From Alphaproteobacteria bacterium (GTDB lineage Bacteria; Pseudomonadota; Alphaproteobacteria; UBA828), in assembly GCA_965237415.1 (NCBI GenBank), contig CBDEFM010000002.1:512001-576000 (forward strand): a stretch of DNA of 64,000 nucleotides, in the 5' to 3' direction. A model generated the notes under the pieces. That model saw only the letters and a list, made by a program, of their open reading frames with translations, made no database searches and was not told the origin of the DNA. Shown here one piece after another: positions 1 through 8,768 of this stretch (its first letter is position 1; the number at the start of each line of letters is the position of its first letter). The translations under genes and the position numbers were made by a program.

Positions 1-1
1 G

Positions 2-1186
2 CTGCCGTGGCTTTCGCAGCGACTCGGCCAGCGGCGTGCCTGGATTCTCGTCCTTCAGGCCGCAGTGCTGGTGTGTCTCGTCATGTGGAGCGCGTTGGAC
101 CCTTCCGAAAGCCTCGGTTCCGTCATTGCCGTCGGCCTCGCCATCGCCGTTGCCTCCGCGACTCAGGACATCGCCATCGACGCGCTCCGAATCGAGCAGA
201 TCGGGAAGACGGAGGGCGAGGCGATGGCCGCCGGTGCTGCCGTTGCTGTCGTAGGCTGGTGGAGCGGCTTCAAGCTCGGCGGCATCGTCGCTCTGGAAAC
301 GGCCGAGGGGTTCCAGAACGCAGGCATCGAGAACTACTGGCAGGCGACGTTTCTCGTGCTGGGCATCGTAGTCGTCCTCTGCAACGTCGGCCTCCTGTTC
401 GTCCGCGAGGCCGCCTCGACGGAGCGTATCGCCGCCCAGGCCGAGGATGAGGAGCGAATCGCCGCCCGCCTGCGCATGTCCGGCCCGCTCGGGCGTGCCA
501 CCGCCTGGCTCGGCGGCACGGCCGTGGCCCCCCTGATGCGCTTTTTCGTGAAGAACGGGGTCGCGATTGCCGCCGCGGTGCTGGGCTTCGTCTTCCTGTT
601 CAAGATCGGCGAAGCCTTCATGGGGCGCATGTCGCTCGTCTTCTACACGGAGATTGGCTTCACCAAGTCGGACATCGCGCTCTACTCCAAGGGCCTCGGC
701 TGGATCGTTACCGTGGCGTTCACGGTGCTGGGCGGCCTCGTCGCGATCCGGATCGGCCTTGTGCGGGCCATGTTCGTCTCCGGGATCGCCATGGCGCTCA
801 CCAATCTCATGTTCGCCCTGCTGGCGTGGTCCGGAAAGTCGGAGGTGCTGTTCGCGGCGGCGGTCGTGATGGACGACCTCACGAGCGCGTTCGCAACGGT
901 CACCTTCGTCGCCTTCATCTCGATGCTGGTGGACAGGACCTATACCGCCACCCAGTACGCGCTGCTCGCCTCGCTCGGCACTGCGGGCCGGACGCTCCTC
1001 GCCGCCTCCTCCGGCGAGTTGGTGGACTGGCTGGAGGGCGATTGGGGAACCTTCTTTGTGATCACGACGCTAATGGTGTTGCCCTCTCTGGTGTGCCTCT
1101 GGGCGATCCGCGCGAAGCTCCGCGACCTGCTGGCCGGCGTGCGGGTACGGCTGGTGGGAAAGGACGCGGAAGACGCGCCCGGCTAG
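2..1186 (+). CDS. ampG: AmpG-family muropeptide MFS transporter (5'-truncated by window edge)
   Basis: Frame is open from position 2 (LPWLSQRLGQRRAW). Motifs SATQDIAIDALRIE and YTATQYALL; many TM segments. Confidence 0.88.
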   Translation: MPWLSQRLGQRRAWILVLQAAVLVCLVMWSALDPSESLGSVIAVGLAIAVASATQDIAIDALRIEQIGKTEGEAMAAGAAVAVVGWWSGFKLGGIVALETAEGFQNAGIENYWQATFLVLGIVVVLCNVGLLFVREAASTERIAAQAEDEERIAARLRMSGPLGRATAWLGGTAVAPLMRFFVKNGVAIAAAVLGFVFLFKIGEAFMGRMSLVFYTEIGFTKSDIALYSKGLGWIVTVAFTVLGGLVAIRIGLVRAMFVSGIAMALTNLMFALLAWSGKSEVLFAAAVVMDDLTSAFATVTFVAFISMLVDRTYTATQYALLASLGTAGRTLLAASSGELVDWLEGDWGTFFVITTLMVLPSLVCLWAIRAKLRDLLAGVRVRLVGKDAEDAPG

Positions 1187-1253
1187 CCCGCACGTCTCGC
1201 CTCGGTCGCGGTCCGGCTCCCCGTTCCGCCTCGGGCAAGATTAATTGTTGTGC

Positions 1254-1307
1254 GGGATTCGCCGGGATTAAGTGGGATTAAGTGGGATAAATGGGATTCC
1301 GCGGGAC
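1254..1307 (+). repeat. Six GGGA(T) direct repeats at 10-bp phasing
   Basis: GGGA starts at 1254, 1264, 1274, 1284, 1293 and 1303; GGGATTAAGT is exact twice. Confidence 0.85.
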
Positions 1308-1677
1308 AAGGTCGGGCACGCCGCGTCGCGCGTGCCTGAGTCGCGCACGCCTGAAAGGTCGTGCGCGCGGTACATAGGATCACGCGCGCCCGCATACTCC
1401 ACCTTCCGTGGCCTGCTCGCTCTCGCACTGCATGACCTATCCTGGCGCAGAAGCCCGGCGCCGTGCACCGCTCCATGGTCCGGGAAGTGGGGAGGGGGAG
1501 GCCCGGACCGTCATGAGAATTCCGGGCCAGCGGTGCGTTCGGAGCCGTTGCCCGCGGTTCGGCGTTGCGACAGACTCAGTTCATGCGCCCCCTTGGCAGA
1601 CGCTCTCGATCAAGGACGGCAGGCGGATGAATAGAGAAGGAGACTGGGCTGAACTCCTCAGACCCTGTTCCGGCGTC

Positions 1678-2319
1678 ATGAGGCGCTCGGCGCTCGTTCT
1701 ATTTGCCTTCTTGCTGGTTGCGCTACCGGCGCACGCCGAGCCGCTTGTGTTGGAGTGGCCATCGCCTGGCGACAGCGGGGACTGGGAGATCGAGGAATTC
1801 GAGGGCGAGACCCAGTACCGCGTCGTCGAGCTCGATGGGCGGCGTGTGCTCGAGGCCGACAGCGCTTCCACGGCGTCCAGCCTCTACCTCGAGAGGGAAA
1901 TCGATCTTATGGCGACGCCGATTCTGGAATGGAGCTGGCGCATCGAGAAGCCGCTCGCGGTCAGGGACGAGCGGATCAAGGACGGCGACGACTTCGCCGC
2001 CCGGGTCTATGTCGTCGCGCCCGGAGAGGGAATGTTCGGATTGCCGCGAGCGGTCAACTATGTGTGGGCAAATCGATCGGAGATCGGCGACGCCTGGCCC
2101 AACCCGTTCACCTCCAAAGTCATGATGGTCGCGGTCGATTCCGGCGATGGAGACGCCGGCACCTGGCGCACCCACAGACGGGATGTTCGTGCCGACTTCC
2201 GCCGCCTGTTCGGGATGGAGGTAGAGGAGCTCGAAGGCATTGCCGTCATGACGGATTCGGACAACTGCGGGCAGAGCGCCCGCGCCTGGTACGGCGAGAT
2301 CGCCTTTCACCCCGAATAG
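1678..2319 (+). CDS. DUF3047-family exported protein
   Basis: Signal peptide (ALPAHA); motifs P-L-W-W, DDFAARVYV, NYVW, IAVMTDSDN. Alternative start at 1627. Confidence 0.8.
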   Translation: MRRSALVLFAFLLVALPAHAEPLVLEWPSPGDSGDWEIEEFEGETQYRVVELDGRRVLEADSASTASSLYLEREIDLMATPILEWSWRIEKPLAVRDERIKDGDDFAARVYVVAPGEGMFGLPRAVNYVWANRSEIGDAWPNPFTSKVMMVAVDSGDGDAGTWRTHRRDVRADFRRLFGMEVEELEGIAVMTDSDNCGQSARAWYGEIAFHPE

Positions 2320-2356
2320 GCCGAACCGGCTCGGTCAGGGCGTGGGCGCGCGGCCG

Positions 2357-2926
2357 CTACCATCTGTGGTCATGACGATGCTGGTGCCGTTGAGGATGCA
2401 CGTACCGGGACTGCTCATGAACCCGCTGGCTGTGCCTCTGGCGATGCTGGTGCCGTTGAGGATGCACGTACCGGGGCTGCTCATGAAACCGCTGGCCGTG
2501 CCACTGGCGTTGATGGTGCCATTGAGGATGCACGTACCGGGGCTGCTGGTGCACCCGCTGGTGCCACTGGCGACGATGGTACCGCTGAGGATGCACGTAC
2601 CAGGGCTGCTGGCGAACCCGCTGGCGGTGCCACTGGCGTTGTTGGTGCGACGGCCGGTGATACCATCCCGCGTGGTGATGATGGGTGGTGAACTGACCAC
2701 CGTAGAGGGTTCCCAACACCGCGGCGATGCTGACCGCGGCCAAGCGGTCGTGCCTCTTGCCGGTTGTCGAACCGATCAATCCGCCGATGACGCCACCCAC
2801 GACCGCTCCCTCCCACGACCGTGCGTGATCGGCCCGAACGGATGTCGCCGCCATGGTCGAGCCGAGCACGATGGCAGTCGTGAGCGCAATTCCTCCGACG
2901 AGGCGCTGTTTCCAGCTCTGAATCAT
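2357..2926 (-). CDS. Secreted glycine-zipper protein with His/Gln/Arg-rich tandem repeats
   Basis: GGAGG 6 nt before ATG 2926; signal peptide ending SVRA; GAVVGGVIGGLIG zipper; repeats of YVHPQR. Confidence 0.75.
   Translation of the reverse strand: MIQSWKQRLVGGIALTTAIVLGSTMAATSVRADHARSWEGAVVGGVIGGLIGSTTGKRHDRLAAVSIAAVLGTLYGGQFTTHHHHAGWYHRPSHQQRQWHRQRVRQQPWYVHPQRYHRRQWHQRVHQQPRYVHPQWHHQRQWHGQRFHEQPRYVHPQRHQHRQRHSQRVHEQSRYVHPQRHQHRHDHRW
2376..2645. repeat. Coding tandem repeat, about 4 units of 66/63 bp
   Basis: GAGGATGCACGTACC recurs at 2392, 2458, 2524 and 2587. Confidence 0.92.
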
Positions 2927-3055
2927 TGCCATCCTCCGATCTTGATTGCCAGCCTGCGAAGTGGCGCCCCATCCTATTGAGGTCGTCAGACGGGGTATCT
3001 TAGACATCGTTCGCAAGTAGCGATATAAAATCAAGAGATATGCCGTTTCGGCGAC

Positions 3056-3077
3056 GTAAAGAATTGTAAAGAATTGT
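3056..3077. promoter_or_regulatory. Tandem GTAAAGAATT x2 (GTAAA-N5-GTAAA, CpxR/OmpR-family-type box)
   Basis: Perfect 10-bp direct repeat in an AT-rich divergent intergenic region. Confidence 0.55.
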
Positions 3078-3366
3078 GTTTCATAAAGTACACTGACTGA
3101 CTTCGGCTCTTCCATAACCAAGACAGGAAAAACTCTGGCGACGCAGATTGCTGCGACGATCGAGACTCTGCCGATAGATTTCCGTAGCGCCGGCCTGCGG
3201 GAAGATGCCGGTGCGCTCCTCGACCGAATCACTCGCCACGTCTGTAGTCTGAAGACGAATTCCCAGAGCGGCTGGCTCGAGCAGGGTCGATCCTGCCGCC
3301 GGTGCCGGTCGGCTTGATCGGGGCGGTGGGCTGTGGTTGTTTGGCCGCAGCGTCCCCGGAGCTCCC

Positions 3367-4251
3367 ATGCAACTGCACCGCACCTATCTGTTCGCCCCCG
3401 GAAACCACCCGCGCAAGGTCGCCAAGGTCTTTGGCGCCGGCGCCGATGCCGTGATCCTCGACCTGGAAGACGCCGTCGCGGTGGCTGAGAAGGAAGCCAC
3501 TCGGGCGGTCGTCGTCGAGGCGCTGCAGGCACCCCGCGCCTGCCTCGGCTACGTGCGCGTGAACGGGCTCGACACAGACTATTGCTACGGCGACCTCCTG
3601 GCCGTCGTGACGGCCGGCGTGGACGGCGTCATGCTGCCCAAGGTCGAAGCGCCGAGCCAGCTGGAGACGGTGGACTGGCTGCTCTGCCAACTGGAGCGCG
3701 AACGGGGGCTGAATCAGGGCGCGATCGACCTGGTGCCGATCATCGAGACCGGCCCGGGCGTCGCCGCGGTTCAGGCAATTGCCGGTGCGAAGACGCGGGT
3801 GCGGCGGCTCTCCTTCGGCGCCGGCGACTACACCCGAGACATGGGGATGGTCTGGACCGGGGCCGAGGCCGAGCTCGCCCACGCCCGCGCGTGCACCGTG
3901 CTCGCCTCCCGCGTCGGCGGGTTGGAGGCGCCCATCGACACGGTCTTCATCGATATCGCGGACGCAGACAACCTGGAGCGTTCGGCCCAGACTGCGCTCA
4001 GCTTCGGCTTCCAGGGCAAGCTCTGCATCCACCCCAAGCAGGTGGAACCGGTAAACCGCGTGTTCACGCCGAGCGCCGACGCCGTGGCCCAGGCGGAGAA
4101 GCATGTCGCCGCCTTCAAGGAGGCAGAGGCTGCGGGTTCGGCGTCGATCCAGGTCGATGGCTACTTTGTTGACTATCCGATTTACGAGAAGGCCGAGCGC
4201 GTGCTGCGGATCGCCGATGCGGTCCGCCAGCGGGAAGCGCAGGCCGGTTGA
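3367..4251 (+). CDS. CitE/malyl-CoA lyase-like (HpcH/HpaI aldolase/citrate lyase family) CoA-ester lyase
   Basis: RTYLFAPG, ILDLEDAV, VRVN, LPKV, IIET, GAGD, GKLCIHPKQ, VDYP motifs. Confidence 0.9.
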   Translation: MQLHRTYLFAPGNHPRKVAKVFGAGADAVILDLEDAVAVAEKEATRAVVVEALQAPRACLGYVRVNGLDTDYCYGDLLAVVTAGVDGVMLPKVEAPSQLETVDWLLCQLERERGLNQGAIDLVPIIETGPGVAAVQAIAGAKTRVRRLSFGAGDYTRDMGMVWTGAEAELAHARACTVLASRVGGLEAPIDTVFIDIADADNLERSAQTALSFGFQGKLCIHPKQVEPVNRVFTPSADAVAQAEKHVAAFKEAEAAGSASIQVDGYFVDYPIYEKAERVLRIADAVRQREAQAG

Positions 4252-4265
4252 GCGGAGGACGCGGT

Positions 4266-5813
4266 ATGTTGATGTCCGGCGAGGAATACCGGGAATCGCT
4301 GAGGCGCCTCGCGCCACGCGTCTATGTCAATGGCGATGAGGTCGCGTCCGTCGCCGACGAGCCGCGCTTCGGGCCGGGCGTGGCTGCGCTCGGGCTCACC
4401 TACGATTTCGCGCGCGACGAGCGCCACCGGCACGCGATGGTAGCGGTGGAGGAAAGCACCGGCGCCAAGGTCAACCGCTTCCTCCACATCAACCGCTCGA
4501 CCACCGACCAGCTCCACAAGCTGGAGGCGGTGCGCCTCGTCTGCCAGTACACCGGCTGCGCCCAGCGCTATCTGACTCAGGACGGGCTCAACGCGTTACA
4601 CCAGGCGACGTGGCGCATCGATCAGGAGACGGGCAGCGCCCTGCACGAGCGCTTCCTCGCCTATCTCCACCGCGTGCAGACGGAGGATCTCACCCTCGGC
4701 GTCGCCATGACCGACGGCAAGGGCGACCGCTCGCGCCGCCCCCATGCCCAGGCCGTGCGCGATTCTTACGTGCATATCACGCGGCGCCGACCCGACGGCA
4801 TCGTGATCCGGGGAGCAAAGGCGATCGTCACCGCCGCGCCCTATGTCCACGAGTATCTGGTTATGCCGTGCCGCAACATGACCGAGGACGACCGCGACTT
4901 CGCGCTCTGCTGCGCGGTGCCGGTGGATGCCGACGGCATCACCATCGTCGCGCGCCCGGCGGGCCGGCCGGGGGAGAAGGCGGCGAAATTCAGCGCCCGC
5001 TACGGCCAGTCCACCGGCGTGGTGATCTTCGACGACGTGTTCGTCCCGTGGGAGCGCGTGTTTCTCGCCGGCGAGTGGGAACACTCGCAGTTCCTGACCC
5101 AGGCCTACGCGACGCACCACCGGCATTCTTGCATCGGCGCGCGCGCGGGGTTCGGCGACCTCTTGATCGGCGCCGGCGTGCTGATGGCCGAGGCCAACGG
5201 CCTCGAAGTCGAGCACACGTCGCACCTGCGCGACCGCATGGTGGAGCTGATCAAGATCGTCGAGGGCTTTTACGCCTGCGGTGTCGCAAGCTCGGTTTAT
5301 GCAACGGCGGACGGCTCGGGCTGCGTCGAGCCCGATCGCGTCTTCGCCAACATCGGCAAGCTGCTGCTGTCGACACAGATCTACGACATGCACCGTATTG
5401 CCCACGAGGTCTCGGGCGGGCTGGTGGTGGCTCTGCCGGGGCCGGATGAGGACCACAATCCGGCGACCGCAGGCTCGCTCACCGAGATGCTGAAGGGGCG
5501 GGAGGACTTGCCCTATGGCGAGCGCATGGAGGTGGCGCGCCTGATCGAGGACCTGACCGCCTCCGGCACCGCCGGCTGGTACTCGGTCATCAGCCTGCAC
5601 GGCGGCGGCTCGCCGCAGGCGACGGGGCTCGAAATCTTCCGCAGCTATCCGATCGAGGACAAGGTGGCGCTGGTGGAGAAGCTGCTCGACCGGGGCGTGC
5701 TCGCCGACGAAAGCGGCGCCGAGAGCCGCGACCGCCAGCCGGGACGGTGCTGTCCCGTCGGTTGCAAGGAGCCGGAAGAGGCGCCGGCGCCAGCGAAACG
5801 CATCGTAAACTGA
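4266..5813 (+). CDS. 4-hydroxybutyryl-CoA dehydratase / 4-hydroxyphenylacetate 3-hydroxylase family flavoprotein
   Basis: EYRESLR, AMTDGKGDRS, GIVIRGAK, FDDVFVPWERVF, SLHGGGSP motifs; GGAGG RBS. Confidence 0.82.
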   Translation: MLMSGEEYRESLRRLAPRVYVNGDEVASVADEPRFGPGVAALGLTYDFARDERHRHAMVAVEESTGAKVNRFLHINRSTTDQLHKLEAVRLVCQYTGCAQRYLTQDGLNALHQATWRIDQETGSALHERFLAYLHRVQTEDLTLGVAMTDGKGDRSRRPHAQAVRDSYVHITRRRPDGIVIRGAKAIVTAAPYVHEYLVMPCRNMTEDDRDFALCCAVPVDADGITIVARPAGRPGEKAAKFSARYGQSTGVVIFDDVFVPWERVFLAGEWEHSQFLTQAYATHHRHSCIGARAGFGDLLIGAGVLMAEANGLEVEHTSHLRDRMVELIKIVEGFYACGVASSVYATADGSGCVEPDRVFANIGKLLLSTQIYDMHRIAHEVSGGLVVALPGPDEDHNPATAGSLTEMLKGREDLPYGERMEVARLIEDLTASGTAGWYSVISLHGGGSPQATGLEIFRSYPIEDKVALVEKLLDRGVLADESGAESRDRQPGRCCPVGCKEPEEAPAPAKRIVN

Positions 5814-5859
5814 ACCGACAACACGCCAAGGCCAGATCACGACGAAAGGGGAATTGAGT

Positions 5860-6348
5860 ATGTCCGTCGAGCAACGTCTTCAGCGCCTGGAGGATATCGA
5901 GGCGATCAAGCAGCTTATCGCGCGCTACGCCACGGCAGCAGACCACAATGCCGATCCGGCGATGATGGCGCCGTGCTTCACCGAGGACGCGGTCTGGAAC
6001 TGCGAGGGGATCGGCCGCTGGGAGGGGCGTGCTTCCATCGTCTCGGGCCTGCGCGAGGTCTCCACCACGCAGCTCTCTTGGGCGTTGCACTACATGACCC
6101 AGCCGATCATCGAGGTGGCGGACGACGGCCAGAGCGCCACGGGCGAGTACTATCTGTGGGAGCTCGCGAAGGCGGTGCAGGAGGATGGCGGGCCGGATCA
6201 GGACACCTGGATCGGCGGCTGGTACGAGTCCAAGTTCCGCAGGGAAGGCGGTGACTGGAAGTTCTGCCACATCGAGCTGATCCTGAAGCTGCTCAGCCCC
6301 GCCAACGCGCCTTCGTGGGAGACGCCGATCCCGCCCTGGAAGGGGTAG
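5860..6348 (+). CDS. SnoaL-like / NTF2-family protein (BaiE/LinA-like)
   Basis: LEDIEAIKQLIARY...D, FTEDAVW, H, GWY, WKF pattern. Confidence 0.85.
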   Translation: MSVEQRLQRLEDIEAIKQLIARYATAADHNADPAMMAPCFTEDAVWNCEGIGRWEGRASIVSGLREVSTTQLSWALHYMTQPIIEVADDGQSATGEYYLWELAKAVQEDGGPDQDTWIGGWYESKFRREGGDWKFCHIELILKLLSPANAPSWETPIPPWKG

Positions 6349-6367
6349 AACTGCGGAGGAGCGTGCA

Positions 6368-6859
6368 ATGGATATCGCGGAGCGGCTCCAGCGCCTCGAG
6401 GATATCGAGGCGATCCAGCAGCTCATCGCGCGCTACGCCAAGGCCGTGGACCATAACGGCGACCCGGCGCTCGTCGCGCCGCTCTTCACCGAGGATGCGG
6501 TGTGGCATTGCGAGGGCATCGGCCATTGGGAGACGCGGGACGGCATCGTGCGCGACATTCGCCCCAACTGCACCACCTTCATGCCCTGGGCCATCCACTA
6601 CATGACCCAGCCGATCGTCGAGGTGGCGGCTGACGGCCTGAGCGCCACCGCGAATCACTATTTATGGGAGCTCGGCAAGGTAGCGCCGGCGGAGGGCGGC
6701 CCGACCGAGGATACCTGGATCGGCGGCTGGTACGACTCCCGGTGCCGCAAGGAGGGCAGCGTCTGGAAGTTCGCCCGCATCGACCTCACGCTGAAGCTCT
6801 TCAGCCGGGCGGACAGCCCTTCCTGGCAGACTCGGATCGCACCCTGGTCTCCTGAATAG
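6368..6859 (+). CDS. SnoaL-like / NTF2-family protein, tandem paralogue
   Basis: Same motifs as the upstream copy; GGAGGAG RBS. Confidence 0.85.
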   Translation: MDIAERLQRLEDIEAIQQLIARYAKAVDHNGDPALVAPLFTEDAVWHCEGIGHWETRDGIVRDIRPNCTTFMPWAIHYMTQPIVEVAADGLSATANHYLWELGKVAPAEGGPTEDTWIGGWYDSRCRKEGSVWKFARIDLTLKLFSRADSPSWQTRIAPWSPE

Positions 6860-6874
6860 CGGGCGGCCTGTACG

Positions 6875-7639
6875 CTACTTCGGCGCCATGCGGAGCGCGC
6901 CGTCGAAGCGGATCACCGAGCCGTTCATGAAGGTGTTCTCTGCGATGTGCACGGCGAGCGCCGCGTACTCGTCGGCGCCGCCGAGGCGCTTGGGGTAGAC
7001 CGTCGTCTCCAGCAGCGATTGCTTCACCGGCTCGGAGAGGCCCGCCATCATCGGCGTGTCCATCAGCCCCGGCGCGATGCAGTTCACGCGAATGCCCTCG
7101 CGGGCAAGCTCGCGTGCGAGGGGGATCGTCATTGCCGCAACGCCGCCCTTGGAGGCCGCGTAGTCGAGCTGGCCGATCTGGCCTTCGAAGGCGGCGACCG
7201 AGGCGGTGATGACGATGCAGCCGCGCTCGTTGTCGTCCATCGGGTCCATCGCAGCCATGTCGGCGGCGGCGAGCCGGCACGAGTTGATCGTGCCGATCAG
7301 GTTGACGTGGATCGCGCGGGTGAGTTTTTCGAGCGGGCTTGCGTTGCCGTCGCGGCCCACCAGCTTGGCGCCGGGCGCGATGCCCGCGCAGGCAACCATG
7401 ATGCGTGCGGGCCCGAGCGCCTCGCGCACCGATGCCACGGCGGCTTCGTGACTGGCCGGGTCGACCACGTCGCATACCGCAGCCGCGCCACCGATTTCGG
7501 CCGCAACTTTCTGCGCCAGGTCCTCGTTCATGTCGAGGATGCCGACCTTGGCCCCGGCGGCCGCGAGCGCGCGCGCCGTCGCCTCGCCGAGCCCGGACGC
7601 GCCGCCGGTGACGATCGCCGTTTGCCCGCTGATGTTCAT
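6875..7639 (-). CDS. SDR oxidoreductase, type-2 3-hydroxyacyl-CoA dehydrogenase (HSD10-like)
   Basis: TGGASGLG, ASVAAFEGQIGQ, YAASKGG, IRFDGALRM. Confidence 0.9.
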   Translation of the reverse strand: MNISGQTAIVTGGASGLGEATARALAAAGAKVGILDMNEDLAQKVAAEIGGAAAVCDVVDPASHEAAVASVREALGPARIMVACAGIAPGAKLVGRDGNASPLEKLTRAIHVNLIGTINSCRLAAADMAAMDPMDDNERGCIVITASVAAFEGQIGQLDYAASKGGVAAMTIPLARELAREGIRVNCIAPGLMDTPMMAGLSEPVKQSLLETTVYPKRLGGADEYAALAVHIAENTFMNGSVIRFDGALRMAPK

Positions 7640-7716
7640 GCCTTACTCCTTCGCTGAAGTGCGCGCCTACATAGCAAACCGGCGGTGCATGCAAAAGTCG
7701 CAGGGCGGACCGACGC

Positions 7717-8634
7717 CTACGGGGCTATGGCGCCGGGGCGGCGTTTCCCGAGGAGCGCTTCACGGCGGGCGATGTAGACGGCGCTGGCGACGATGAAGAC
7801 CGCGCCGACCCAGGTCCAGATGTCCGGAAACTCGGCGAACGCGAACCAACCGATCAAGACCGCGAAGGGGAGGCGCGTGAAGTCGAGCGGCACGATCGCC
7901 GTCGCCTCCATGATCGAGAGCGCGCGCGCCATCGAGAAGTGCGCGATCGTGAGGATGCAGCCGATGCCGAGCAGCCAGCCGAGTTGCTCCAGCGTCGGCG
8001 TCTCCCACCACCAGAGCGCCGGGCCAAGCGAGATCGGCGTCATGATCAGGTTCATGTAGAAGACGATAGAGAGCGGCGATTCGTTGCGCGCCAACAGGCG
8101 GACCAGGGCCATGGAGATGGCGAAGAGCAGCGCGGCGAAGATCGCCAGCAGGCCGCCGGCGGAAAGGGTCTCCGCGCCCGGCTGCAGCACGATCAGAACA
8201 CCGGCGAAACCCACGATCGTGGCGATCCAGCGGCGCGGGCCGACGCGCTCGCCCAGCATCAGGATGGCGACGGGGATCATCCAGAGCGAGACCGTGAAGT
8301 TCAGCGTGATGGCTTCCGCGAGCGGCGTAATCTGCAGCGCCGAGTACCAGGCCCACATGGCGAAGACGCCAATTCCGGCGCGGACCGCGAAGAGGCGGAA
8401 TCGGCCCAGGTCGAACGAGCCGAACCCGATCCTGAACATGAAGGGCACCAGGATCAGAGTGCCGATGGCGTTGCGGATGAAGGCGATCTGAAACACCGAG
8501 ATTTCCGCCGAGATGTGGCGGATCGCCGCCGACATGCCGGCGAAGCAGGCGCAGGTGAAGACCATCAGGAGCACGCCCTCCCAGGTGCGCCCGATGGCGA
8601 GGCCGCCTGCCCGTTCCGTCGACTGCGTGCTCAT
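7717..8634 (-). CDS. DMT/EamA family transporter
   Basis: About 10 TM helices; LGERVGPRRW and EFPD..TWVG motifs. Confidence 0.88.
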   Translation of the reverse strand: MSTQSTERAGGLAIGRTWEGVLLMVFTCACFAGMSAAIRHISAEISVFQIAFIRNAIGTLILVPFMFRIGFGSFDLGRFRLFAVRAGIGVFAMWAWYSALQITPLAEAITLNFTVSLWMIPVAILMLGERVGPRRWIATIVGFAGVLIVLQPGAETLSAGGLLAIFAALLFAISMALVRLLARNESPLSIVFYMNLIMTPISLGPALWWWETPTLEQLGWLLGIGCILTIAHFSMARALSIMEATAIVPLDFTRLPFAVLIGWFAFAEFPDIWTWVGAVFIVASAVYIARREALLGKRRPGAIAP

Positions 8635-8768
8635 GGCGGGCGGCCTGCTCCCCTGCGCCGCCCGCCCGGCGCCCCTCTATCGAGTGCTTGTCTGTGGGCA
8701 CAGGCGGCGGGTGCGTTCCACCATGCCACATCCGCCGGGCGGCCACAGCCCGCCGACGAGAGCGAGGG

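Noticed and set aside
2376-2645. Possible CRISPR array (regular repeats at about 66 bp)
   Set aside because: Intervening sequences are themselves homologous, unit lengths are multiples of 3 within an ORF, and no cas genes are present.
2342-2980. Plus-strand 212-aa ORF with MLVPLRMHVPGLL repeats
   Set aside because: Antisense shadow of the repeat gene; the minus frame has the RBS, signal peptide and glycine zipper.
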